Shown: positions 9,288 to 17,235, numbered from the stretch's first letter. The stretch is DNA of 64,000 bases from an uncultured Gammaproteobacteria bacterium (GCA_964443495.1 CAYUCS010000001.1:680468-744467), one strand, 5' to 3'. Translations and numbers: made by a program. The notes: generated by a model from the letters alone, not told the origin.

Positions 9288-9821
9288 TTAATGAACAGTT
9301 CCTGTGCCGTCAACCTTGGCAGAGAAGTTTTTGACAACCGCAGGAGGGATGTTTTCCTCGTCTTCGGTCGAAATATTGACCAGAGTTGTCATGAGTTCGC
9401 TCAAGGCTGCGACGGTGGGAATCACTACCTCCAAGACCTTGACCGTCTCGCGTTCCTCCGGAATAATTACTTTCCACCCTTGACTGACATCAAGCTGTTT
9501 ATCCCAGCAATTGAGCCGGTCACGGATGGAAAAAAACATTTCCCCTTCCACGTGATCCCGTTTGGATACGAGCACCCTGGCCTCAGCCCTGACCGGACCG
9601 ATTTCATTGGCCTTCAAGTGACCGCCTTTGGCAGCCTCTACGAGTTCCCGAATCCGCTGATCCAGCCGCATCATGATGGTGAAAGCCTGCTTTTCAAAGT
9701 GATTCATCACCTCGATCGGCTCGAATGTCCCATCGGCTTTTTGCGGCTCGATGAATTCTTCGGGCATCACCGCTTTGATCTGCAACATCAGGGGTCCGTG
9801 ACTGCATGCGCACTTTTCCAT
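9288..9821 (-). CDS. Hypothetical protein (177 aa)
   Basis: An AAGGAGA SD lies 6 nt upstream of the ATG at 9821. The gene has its own promoter and terminator. No domain recognised. Confidence 0.65.
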   Translation of the reverse strand: MEKCACSHGPLMLQIKAVMPEEFIEPQKADGTFEPIEVMNHFEKQAFTIMMRLDQRIRELVEAAKGGHLKANEIGPVRAEARVLVSKRDHVEGEMFFSIRDRLNCWDKQLDVSQGWKVIIPEERETVKVLEVVIPTVAALSELMTTLVNISTEDEENIPPAVVKNFSAKVDGTGTVH

Positions 9822-9912
9822 CTTTTTCTCCTTCCTGGCGTGTATTTTCCCGCGAATCGGGCTTGTTGACTTCTGGCAAAATGACAGCTTTTTTTCAAAA
9901 TAACGAGATTAT

Positions 9913-9941
9913 AATATAACCTTTAATAGTATTTTTGTCAA
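9913..9941 (-). promoter_or_regulatory. Sigma70-type promoter TTGACA-N17-TATATT
   Basis: Minus-strand -35 TTGACA (9941-9936), 17-nt spacer, -10 TATATT (9918-9913). It lies about 90 nt upstream of the 177-aa gene. Confidence 0.6.
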
Positions 9942-9982
9942 TACTACATGGCATATATTGACTAATATTAAAAAAATTTAAC

Positions 9983-10020
9983 AAAAAAAAATTCCTCGGA
10001 ATGATTATTTCCGAGGAATT
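9983..10020 (-). terminator. Intrinsic terminator of dnaJ
   Basis: Stem attcctcgg / ccgaggaat (9991-9999 / 10011-10019), followed on the minus strand by a T8 run. Confidence 0.85.
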
Positions 10021-10033
10021 TGCACATGCCCTA

Positions 10034-11131
10034 TCAAAGTCCTAATTCTTCCAATAGCTTCCGCTGTTGCCGACTGAGTCCGGTCGGCGTCTTGACGATG
10101 ACCGTCACCAAATGGTCGCCGCGGCCCCGGCCGTTCAATTTCGGCACGCCGCGATCGCGCAAGATGAAGACCTTGCCCGACTGGGTGCCTTCCGGAATTT
10201 TCAGGGTCACTTCCCCGTCGACCGTCAGCACCGGCACCTTGTCACCCAAGGCCGCCTGGACCATCGATATCTCGATTTTTGAAATGATATTATCGCCTTC
10301 GCGCGTGAACTTCTTGGACGCAACGACGCGGATGCGCAGATACAGGTCGCCGGCCGGAGCGCCGTGCGGTCCGGCCTCGCCTTGTCCGGTCAAGCGGATC
10401 GTCTGGCCGTCATCGATGCCGGCAGGAATCTTGACGTTGAGCTTGTCGATTTCCTTTGTCGCGCCCACGCCGTCGCACTTCGAACACTTCTTCGAAGGGA
10501 TTTTGCCTTCACCATGACAGGTCGAGCAGACTGTCTGAGTCTGGATGTTACCCAAAATAGTGCGTTGCACGCGCGTAACCCGGCCGGTGCCATGGCAGGT
10601 CGAGCAAGTCTCGATCTTAGCGCCCGGCTCGGCGCCGTTGCCTTGGCAGCGGTCGCACTTCTTAAGGCGCTTGAGCTGGATTTCCCTTTCGATGCCGAAA
10701 ATCGCCTCTTCGAATTCGATGGTCAGGGTCATTTCCAAATCCTGGCCGCGGCTCTGGCGCTTGCTCCGTCCGCCGCCGCCGAAACCGAACATCCCGCCGA
10801 ACATGTCGCCAAGGTCGTTCAAGTCGAACTCCACGCCGCCCTGATTGCCGAAGCCTTGGGCGAAGCCGGAGAAATCGCGAAAGCCCTCGAAGCCGTGGAA
10901 ACCGCCAGCGCCCTGCGCCTGCTCGAAATTCGAACCGAAGCGGTCATACTGTGCCCGCTTGTTGGCATCGCCCAAAACCTGATAGGCCTCGTTGATTTCC
11001 TTGAATTTGGCCTCGTCGCCGTGCGGCTTGTCCGGATGATACTCGTGTGCTTTCTTGCGGAAGGCCTTCTTGATGTCATCCTGCGACGCACCCTTGTCGA
11101 CGCCTAATATGTTGTAATAGTCTTTGCTCAT
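10034..11131 (-). CDS. dnaJ: Molecular chaperone DnaJ
   Basis: J-domain with HPD (YHPDK), a G/F-rich linker, and four CxxCxGxG zinc motifs (CDRCQGNG, CSTCHGTG, CSTCHGEG, CSKCDGVG). Confidence 0.97.
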   Translation of the reverse strand: MSKDYYNILGVDKGASQDDIKKAFRKKAHEYHPDKPHGDEAKFKEINEAYQVLGDANKRAQYDRFGSNFEQAQGAGGFHGFEGFRDFSGFAQGFGNQGGVEFDLNDLGDMFGGMFGFGGGGRSKRQSRGQDLEMTLTIEFEEAIFGIEREIQLKRLKKCDRCQGNGAEPGAKIETCSTCHGTGRVTRVQRTILGNIQTQTVCSTCHGEGKIPSKKCSKCDGVGATKEIDKLNVKIPAGIDDGQTIRLTGQGEAGPHGAPAGDLYLRIRVVASKKFTREGDNIISKIEISMVQAALGDKVPVLTVDGEVTLKIPEGTQSGKVFILRDRGVPKLNGRGRGDHLVTVIVKTPTGLSRQQRKLLEELGL

Positions 11132-11138
11132 GGGGGAG

Positions 11139-11246
11139 AATTTTCAATTTCTAATTTTCAATTTTCAAACAATGATTCAATTTTTTAATGTTTAAAAATT
11201 GAGTCATTGAAAAATTGTTTAGAAATTTAAAATTGAAAATTTAAAA
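11139..11246. repeat. AT-rich imperfect-palindrome intergenic element, copy A
   Basis: It fills the whole DUF3467-dnaJ gap. Arm 11153-11176 (aattttcaattttcaaacaatgat) recurs at 50749-50769 and, as the reverse complement, at 37337-37360. Arm 11204-11227 recurs as the reverse complement at 37288-37311. Confidence 0.85.
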
Positions 11247-11552
11247 TTATTCCTTAAACCCTATCTCTTTATTAACCTCCGGCGCCTCTTCGATTTTGCC
11301 GAACTTGGCCTCGTAATCCTCAACCAACTTACCCATCAAAACAGCGATGCGCTTGAAGTGTCCCGGGTTGGTGATGATTTTGGAAACCACCCGTCCGCTC
11401 GTACCGGAGATGGTGATGAAGTTCAGATGGAACTCATCCTTGCTCGGCGTACCGACCTGCATCAGGTTGGCATACTCGGCACCAGGAATGTTGTCAGCGA
11501 TTTGAATTTCCTGCCTTGGCGATGGCGCAGTCGGCTGTGGTTGATTTGGCAT
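11247..11552 (-). CDS. DUF3467-family protein
   Basis: 101 aa. AEYANLMQV...DEFHLNFI resembles the DUF3467 core (YAN...EFxLDF). Confidence 0.6.
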   Translation of the reverse strand: MPNQPQPTAPSPRQEIQIADNIPGAEYANLMQVGTPSKDEFHLNFITISGTSGRVVSKIITNPGHFKRIAVLMGKLVEDYEAKFGKIEEAPEVNKEIGFKE

Positions 11553-11609
11553 AAGATATGATTATTCGTTATTGGTGAATCAGGGGCACGCTCGCGCATG
11601 CCCCATCAG

Positions 11610-11891
11610 TCAAGCTTGATACTCTTCGTCATCATCGTCCGGTGAAAACAGAATAATGAAACCCCATATCGCCATCGGCAAACCGAAGAAAAGCAAGACA
11701 AGACCTTTTTTCAAACCGTCTTCACGGAACATTCCGGCAACCGATCCGTACATCTTTGCAACCATCCACACGTTAAAACTCATATAAGCCGTCAAAAATA
11801 AGACAGCAATCGTCATGAGCCAGTGCTGGGCTGCAGCAGATAAAAAAATCCATACTGCCTGGGAAAAACCGACCATCGCGTTAGCATCCAT
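11610..11891 (-). CDS. Small membrane protein (93 aa, 3 TM, acidic C-tail DDDDEEYQA)
   Basis: A GGAGGG SD lies 4-5 nt before the ATG at 11891. Hydrophobic segments are evident. Confidence 0.6.
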   Translation of the reverse strand: MDANAMVGFSQAVWIFLSAAAQHWLMTIAVLFLTAYMSFNVWMVAKMYGSVAGMFREDGLKKGLVLLFFGLPMAIWGFIILFSPDDDDEEYQA

Positions 11892-11953
11892 AGTTCCCTC
11901 CTTCGGTTTGATGTTGTTGCGAATGAACTAATAAGCGAGAAGTGGGAATCGAA

Positions 11954-12214
11954 TCAGCCTTCAAACAACCTTTTCAGGAAGGCTCTGTTCCTCTTACTCC
12001 TCTCCGCCTCGGCTTTCCGGTCAGATTTGAAAATCCAGAAGTAAGACAGGATCAGAAACGTGACCAAGGCCCAGACCCAACCGACCCAGCATACTTGAAT
12101 GAATTGCCATACCTGTCGGTTGAAGAGATAATACGTCGCCATAACCCCCATAATCACCATTGTGACTGCAATGATCATGAGCCCCCTAATCCTAAAACTC
12201 CATTGATGCGTCAT
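11954..12214 (-). CDS. Small membrane protein (86 aa, 2-3 TM, basic C-tail)
   Basis: An AAAGGAG SD lies 6 nt before the ATG at 12214. The C-terminus is KSDRKAEAERSKRNRAFLKRL. Confidence 0.55.
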   Translation of the reverse strand: MTHQWSFRIRGLMIIAVTMVIMGVMATYYLFNRQVWQFIQVCWVGWVWALVTFLILSYFWIFKSDRKAEAERSKRNRAFLKRLFEG

Positions 12215-12314
12215 AAACCGCTCCTTTCGGTGTAAGCTTCCGTTTTATATGCGCAACTAATTTAGTTCCTCAAGCGATTGCCCGAACGTGGCATTCGGGC
12301 AATCTATGAGAATA

Positions 12315-14207
12315 TTAATTCACGACTTCGCCTTCGACCGGACCTTCGTCCTTCTTCGGCTCATCGGTTCCGCCTTGTCCGGCTTCACCGCCTGCTGCCT
12401 GTCCGCCTGGGGCGGAATACATGGCAGCGCCGATCTTCTGAGCGATGTTGGAAAGCTCTTCCATCTTCTTCTTGAGTTCGTCGGCATTCTTGGATTCCTT
12501 GGCCTTCTTGATTTCCTCAAGCTTGGTCTCGAGCTCGGTCTTGTCCTCCGGCTTCATCTTGTCACCGGATTCCTTCAATAATTTTTCCGTGGTGAATATC
12601 AACGAATCAGCTTGGTTCAAGGTCTCGATCTCGTCCTTCTTCTTCTTGTCCTCGTCGGCGTGCAACTCGGCCTCTTTCTTCATCTTCTCCACTTCTTCCT
12701 TGGACAGGCCGGACGAAGCGGTGATGGTAATCTTCTGCTCCTTACCGGTCGCCTTGTCCTTGGCGTGGACGTTCAGGATGCCGTTAGCGTCGATATCGAA
12801 CTTGACCTCGACCTGCGGGATGCCGCGCGGTGCCGGCGGGATGCCGTCGAGGATGAAGCGGCCGAGCGACTTGTTGTCCGCCGCCATCGGGCGCTCGCCC
12901 TGCAGGACGTGGATCTCGACTGATGGCTGGTTGTCGGCCGCGGTCGAGAAGGTCTGCGACTTCGAAGTCGGGATGGTGGTATTGCGCTCGATGATCGGGG
13001 TGGCTACGCCGCCCAAAGTCTCGATGCCCAGAGTCAGCGGAGTGACGTCGAGCAAGAGCACGTCCTTGACGTCGCCCTGCAGGACGCCGGCCTGGACGGC
13101 GGCGCCCAAAGCCACGACCTCGTCCGGATTGACGCCGAGATGCGGCTCCTTATTGAAAAATTCCTTGACTTTCTGCTGGACCAAAGGCATGCGGGTCATG
13201 CCGCCGACCATGACGATCTCCTGGATCTGCGAAGCGGTCAGTCCGGCATCTTTCAAAGCCGCCTTGGTCGGTTCCAAAGTCTTCTCGACCAAATCCATCA
13301 CCAAAGACTCGAGCTTGGCCCGGGTAATCTTCATGACCAAGTGCTTCGGCCCGTTGGCGTCAGAAGTTATGAACGGCTGGTTGATCTCGGTTTCCATGGC
13401 GGTCGACAGCTCGATCTTGGCCTTCTCGGCCGCTTCCTTGATGCGCTGCAACGACAGGGTGTCCTTGCTCAAATCGATGCCCTGATCTTTCTTGAACTCC
13501 TCGATAATCCAATTGATGATGCGCAGGTCGAAATCTTCGCCGCCCAGATGGGTGTCGCCGTTGGTCGACTTGACCTCGACGGTATCGGCTGAAATATCCA
13601 GAACCGAGACGTCGAAGGTGCCGCCGCCCAAATCGTAAACCACGATCTGCTGGCCGGCTTTCTTGTCGAAACCGTAAGCCAAGGCGGCCGCGGTCGGCTC
13701 GTTGATGATGCGCTTGACCTCGAGGCCGGCGATCTGGCCGGCGTCCTTGGTAGCCTGGCGCTGGGCGTCGTCGAAGTAGGCCGGCACGGTGATGACCGCT
13801 TCAGTGATCTTCTCGCCGATCTTAGCTTCGGCATCGGCCTTCAGCTTGGCCAGGATCATGGCCGAGACTTCCTGCGGCGAGTACTCCTTGCCGTCCATGA
13901 CGACCTTGACGCCTTCGCCGGATTTGACGATCTTGTAAGGCATCACGCCCAGATCGCGCTGGACCTCATTGTCTTCGAAGCGGCGGCCGATCAGGCGCTT
14001 GACCGCATAGACGGTGTTGGCCGGGTTGGTCACGGCCTGGCGCTTGGCCGCCAAACCGACCAAGCGTTCGCCAGCCTTGGAGATGGCGACGATGGACGGC
14101 GTGGTGCGCGCGCCCTCCGCGTTCTCGAGGATCTTGGGTTGGCCGCCCTCGATGATGGCCATGGCACTATTGGTAGTGCCCAAATCGATTCCTAAAATCT
14201 TTGCCAT
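12315..14207 (-). CDS. dnaK: Molecular chaperone DnaK (Hsp70)
   Basis: [16 protein letters not shown] and VGGMTRMP Hsp70 signatures; 630 aa. Confidence 0.98.
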   Translation of the reverse strand: MAKILGIDLGTTNSAMAIIEGGQPKILENAEGARTTPSIVAISKAGERLVGLAAKRQAVTNPANTVYAVKRLIGRRFEDNEVQRDLGVMPYKIVKSGEGVKVVMDGKEYSPQEVSAMILAKLKADAEAKIGEKITEAVITVPAYFDDAQRQATKDAGQIAGLEVKRIINEPTAAALAYGFDKKAGQQIVVYDLGGGTFDVSVLDISADTVEVKSTNGDTHLGGEDFDLRIINWIIEEFKKDQGIDLSKDTLSLQRIKEAAEKAKIELSTAMETEINQPFITSDANGPKHLVMKITRAKLESLVMDLVEKTLEPTKAALKDAGLTASQIQEIVMVGGMTRMPLVQQKVKEFFNKEPHLGVNPDEVVALGAAVQAGVLQGDVKDVLLLDVTPLTLGIETLGGVATPIIERNTTIPTSKSQTFSTAADNQPSVEIHVLQGERPMAADNKSLGRFILDGIPPAPRGIPQVEVKFDIDANGILNVHAKDKATGKEQKITITASSGLSKEEVEKMKKEAELHADEDKKKKDEIETLNQADSLIFTTEKLLKESGDKMKPEDKTELETKLEEIKKAKESKNADELKKKMEELSNIAQKIGAAMYSAPGGQAAGGEAGQGGTDEPKKDEGPVEGEVVN

Positions 14208-14257
14208 AGTATTTTTACTAATTATTTTTTAATTTATTCAACATCCTAACAGGACTA

Positions 14258-14331
14258 GCTCAGCATTCGTTGTTATTTTTATCGCGCATACGTACTCGTC
14301 TAAGCAGGAAAAATAACAACGAATGCTGAGC
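14258..14331 (-). other. 23-bp perfect inverted repeat (long hairpin) between the CYTH gene and dnaK
   Basis: gctcagcattcgttgttattttt (14258-14280) is exactly complementary to aaaaataacaacgaatgctgagc (14309-14331), with a 28-nt loop. No U-tract follows on the coding (minus) strand. Confidence 0.9.
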
Positions 14332-14343
14332 GGATCATCTCCG

Positions 14344-14937
14344 CTAAAGATTATTTTTAGAAGGACTGATGAAGGGGTTTTTTAAATCGAATGCGACTTC
14401 TTGGGTATAGTTGATCTCATCTTTGGTGATGCCGTATTCCTGGGCGTAGAGGGTATCGACAGCACAGAATTTTGCCTGGGCATAGTCGAAGCCCAATTTC
14501 TCGCTCGCCTCACGGACGGCCGCTTCGGACTTGCCTTCGACTTCGACGAACGGGCGGAGCCAGGGCCACTCATCGATCATAATCTCGACATCGCCCAGCC
14601 TCCATAATTCCCTTCGGGTTTCCTGGAAAGCCTTGGGCGTGCAGCCGATATTTTCCAAGAGTCTTTGAGTCGCTTCGAAATCGCTCACATCGGTAATGAT
14701 TTCTTTCTGATTCTCGATCCGATCGCCGTCCACGACTTTCAGGGTCAAGGAAATCTTGTCGCCTTCGTCGCGCACACGGATCCAGGCGCCCTTGATCTCG
14801 TGGCCGGATGGAAGATTGAAATTCATCCGCCGCTGCGTGAACTCCGGCCGGACCAATTCGGCTCCGGCCTGGCGCAAGCGCTGGCGCACTTCGTCCTTGT
14901 CCACCGGAAAAAACGTTGCTTCGTACTCAATGTTCAT
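14344..14937 (-). CDS. CYTH-domain protein (class IV adenylate cyclase / triphosphatase fold)
   Basis: N-terminal IEYEATF (ExExK-like, Lys replaced), later WIRVRDEGDKISLTLK and EIMIDEW strands typical of the CYTH tunnel fold. Confidence 0.6.
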   Translation of the reverse strand: MNIEYEATFFPVDKDEVRQRLRQAGAELVRPEFTQRRMNFNLPSGHEIKGAWIRVRDEGDKISLTLKVVDGDRIENQKEIITDVSDFEATQRLLENIGCTPKAFQETRRELWRLGDVEIMIDEWPWLRPFVEVEGKSEAAVREASEKLGFDYAQAKFCAVDTLYAQEYGITKDEINYTQEVAFDLKNPFISPSKNNL

Positions 14938-14991
14938 AATTATCGGCTTAGCTCTTGGCCGGAACGCGTCCGGCCAAACGGAAACCGGCGA

Positions 14992-15423
14992 TTATTTCTT
15001 CTTAGTCTGGATCTTGATGGTCTTCGGCTTGGCTTCCGGCGCTTTCGGCACGGTGATCTTCAAGACGCCGCCCTCAGCTTCGGCCGTGGCCTTGTCGCCA
15101 GAGACGTGGGTCGGCAGCGGAATCGAGCGGTAGAAGCTGCCGCGGCGGATTTCCTTGCGGTAGTAGTTCTTCTCGTCGATCTCGCTCTTCTTCTCGCTCT
15201 CGCCCTTGATCGACAGGATGTCGTTCTCGATCGAGATATTGACCTTGTCCGGATCGATGCCGGCCAACTGGGTCTCGACTATGATATTGTCCTTGTCCTC
15301 GTACATATCGACTGCCGGCATGAAGCCGCCGCCCATCGAGCGCGTGCTCGGCAGGAAGTCGTTGAACACCTTGTCCATTTCCTCGAAAGGTTCGAGCAAA
15401 GGGGTCCATTTGATGATTGCCAT
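14992..15423 (-). CDS. Hsp20/alpha-crystallin small heat-shock protein
   Basis: PAVDMYEDKDNIIVETQLAGIDPDKVNISIEND...GVLKITVPK is a canonical ACD domain. Confidence 0.93.
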   Translation of the reverse strand: MAIIKWTPLLEPFEEMDKVFNDFLPSTRSMGGGFMPAVDMYEDKDNIIVETQLAGIDPDKVNISIENDILSIKGESEKKSEIDEKNYYRKEIRRGSFYRSIPLPTHVSGDKATAEAEGGVLKITVPKAPEAKPKTIKIQTKKK

Positions 15424-15519
15424 AGATTTTCGTGGTCCGTTTCCCGCACGAAGCGGTTGGCGGTCCGATTAAAAATTAATGGAATTATTCTAATGCTTAT
15501 TCATTAACTAAAGGTGAAC

Positions 15520-16026
15520 CTATTCTCCGTCCTTCTTTTCAAAGACGGTCACTCGCGCCGGCGAAATAACTTTGCCATTCAAGAGATATCCGGCCTTGAT
15601 TTCCTTGGCGACCGTATCATCCTTCTCGGCTTCGTCCGTCGGCTCGCTGCCGATCGCTTCCATGGTCTGGTGGTCGAACTTCTCGCCGACCGTCTTGATT
15701 TCGGTCACGCCGTGCTTGGCCAGCACTTCCTGAAACTGCTTGATGACGTACTGCACGCCGACGAGCCAGTTGCTCTTCTCGGCCGCCGCATCGATGTGGG
15801 CGAGCGACAATTTCAGATGGTCATACACCGGCAAGAACTCATGGATGAGCTGTTCGTTGGCGTACTTGGCAAATTCCTGCTTGTCCTTGGCCGTCTGCTT
15901 CAAGAGGTTCTGATAGTCGGCCAGCGCCGTCTTGTACCGATGTTCCAATTCATGCTTTTCCGCCTCGCACGCCTTGTGGTCATGCTTCTTCTTAGCCTCG
16001 TCTTTATCGTGCTTTTTAGTTTCCAT
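15520..16026 (-). CDS. grpE: Nucleotide exchange factor GrpE
   Basis: Coiled-coil N-terminus, then FLPVYDHLKLSL ... FDHQTMEAI ... GYLLNGKVISPARV, matching GrpE. Confidence 0.92.
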   Translation of the reverse strand: METKKHDKDEAKKKHDHKACEAEKHELEHRYKTALADYQNLLKQTAKDKQEFAKYANEQLIHEFLPVYDHLKLSLAHIDAAAEKSNWLVGVQYVIKQFQEVLAKHGVTEIKTVGEKFDHQTMEAIGSEPTDEAEKDDTVAKEIKAGYLLNGKVISPARVTVFEKKDGE

Positions 16027-16029
16027 AGG

Positions 16030-16710
16030 TTATGCTAAATGTTTTTTGATGAATTTGACCAGCGACAGATTGCGCTCATAGTTCATGCGCATCGGCCCCA
16101 GGATGCCGAAAAGGCCGGCGTGATCGCCGATGCGGTATTTGGCGATGATGGTCGAGCAGAGCGGACTGAACGGATTATCGGTGCCGATCAGGATCGTCGG
16201 CTCGTATGAGACTTCATTGAAGATCTGATCGATTATCTCATCCACGCTATCGATGATGGCCGACACGTCGTAAATCAGGCCTGACTCGCGGAACTCCGGC
16301 TGGGACAGGAAATTGGCCACGCCGGTATAGAACAGGTTGTTGCGGTGGAACGCCCAAAAGACGGCCGCGTTGCTGGCTTGAGCCAGGGCCTTGGCGACTT
16401 GCTTCAAGCCCGCCTCATCGCGCTGCTCCAACAGTTTCGATAATATCTCCGCCTCGATCTCGCCGACCTTCTTTTCCCGAAGGTTTTCCAGGCAATGGCG
16501 ATAGGCTTTCTCGGTCGGGATGCGTCCGGCCGATGTGTGCGGCTGGGCGATATAGCCGGTGTTCTCCAACTCGGCCATCTCATTCCTGACCGTCGCCGAT
16601 GACACGCCGAGCTTGTATCTGGACACCAAGGCCTCCGACCCTACGGGCTGGCCGGTCTTGATGTGTTCCTTGACCAAGGTTTCGAGAATTTGTTCGGTCC
16701 TTTTGTTCAT
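16030..16710 (-). CDS. hrcA: Heat-inducible transcription repressor HrcA, compact 226-aa form
   Basis: wHTH N-terminus (GQPVGSEALV...SSATVRNEMAELENTGYIAQPHTSAGRIPT) and C-terminal GILGPMRMNYERNLSLV. It is roughly 100 aa shorter than typical HrcA. A CIRCE operator lies 32 nt upstream. Confidence 0.9.
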   Translation of the reverse strand: MNKRTEQILETLVKEHIKTGQPVGSEALVSRYKLGVSSATVRNEMAELENTGYIAQPHTSAGRIPTEKAYRHCLENLREKKVGEIEAEILSKLLEQRDEAGLKQVAKALAQASNAAVFWAFHRNNLFYTGVANFLSQPEFRESGLIYDVSAIIDSVDEIIDQIFNEVSYEPTILIGTDNPFSPLCSTIIAKYRIGDHAGLFGILGPMRMNYERNLSLVKFIKKHLA

Positions 16711-16729
16711 ATTTTCTCTATCTTTTCTG

Positions 16730-16759
16730 ATTTTACCGCAGTTAGCACTCAGGTGTCAA
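16730..16759 (-). promoter_or_regulatory. hrcA promoter TTGACA-N18-TAAAAT, interleaved with CIRCE
   Basis: The minus-strand -35 TTGACA (16759-16754) lies inside the CIRCE spacer. The -10 TAAAAT (16735-16730) is 20 nt upstream of the ATG. Confidence 0.65.
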
Positions 16760-16768
16760 GAGTGCTAT
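16742..16768. promoter_or_regulatory. CIRCE operator (HrcA binding site)
   Basis: TTAGCACTC-aggtgtcaa-GAGTGCTAt matches the consensus TTAGCACTC-N9-GAGTGCTAA at 17 of 18 positions. It is the only copy seen in the window. Confidence 0.92.
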
Positions 16769-16838
16769 GAGATATTATTGTTTTAGGCTAAAATAAAATA
16801 AAAATACCCCTCATACTTTCAAAATAATACCCCCTCCT

Positions 16839-16867
16839 TTTACAAATTTTAACAAACGTGCTATAAT
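16839..16867 (+). promoter_or_regulatory. Promoter TTTACA-N17-TATAAT
   Basis: -35 at 16839-16844 and -10 at 16862-16867, 55 nt upstream of the Cys-rich ORF. Confidence 0.6.
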
Positions 16868-16922
16868 AACATTATCAAGTGCTCATTGTGTGGGTTAGCT
16901 AAATGTCATCCGGAGGTGGCAA

Positions 16923-17186
16923 ATGGAAATCTCAATCAAATTGCGCGAATGCATGTACTGCAGCCGGAACTATGGCTGCATCGACAATGGCGAAGCAAAG
17001 TCCTGTGCTCTTTGCCCAACATTCTCATCCTGCAACCGTAGAGTTACCATCGACGCCAAGGCCACTAGCGGCATCTGCCCTGTGTGCTATCCGCAAGCTC
17101 ACGCCGCGGTGCTCAACAACACCGAATTCATCCACCCCTTCCGTCAGCCCCAATCCCAACCCCGACTCCAACGTCAGCATGCCTAA
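16923..17186 (+). CDS. Small cysteine-rich protein (87 aa; 8 Cys as three CxxC pairs plus two single Cys), putative zinc ribbon
   Basis: A GGAGGTG SD (16912-16918) lies 4 nt before the ATG. Cys at residues 10/13, 19, 28/31, 37 and 52/55. Followed by a canonical terminator. No family recognised. Confidence 0.6.
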   Translation: MEISIKLRECMYCSRNYGCIDNGEAKSCALCPTFSSCNRRVTIDAKATSGICPVCYPQAHAAVLNNTEFIHPFRQPQSQPRLQRQHA

Positions 17187-17201
17187 CCCTACCGCCAAGT
17201 T

Positions 17202-17235
17202 GCCGACCATCCCCATGTGGTCGGCTCTTTTTTTC
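17202..17235 (+). terminator. Intrinsic terminator
   Basis: Stem gccgacca / tggtcggc (17202-17209 / 17216-17223) followed by TCTTTTTTTTTC. Confidence 0.85.

Noticed and set aside
10364-11107. 247-aa plus-strand ORF, and the 165-aa ORF at 10020-10517
   Set aside because: Antisense shadows of dnaJ.
12445-13485. 346-aa plus-strand ORF, plus several other ORFs at 12288-13834
   Set aside because: They lie entirely antisense to, or out of frame with, dnaK, which has unambiguous Hsp70 motifs. Their sequences are low-complexity Ser/Leu/Arg-rich, typical of shadow frames in a GC-moderate gene.
14665-15507. 280-aa plus-strand ORF spanning the CYTH and hsp20 region
   Set aside because: Antisense to two well-supported minus-strand genes and crosses their intergenic hairpin.
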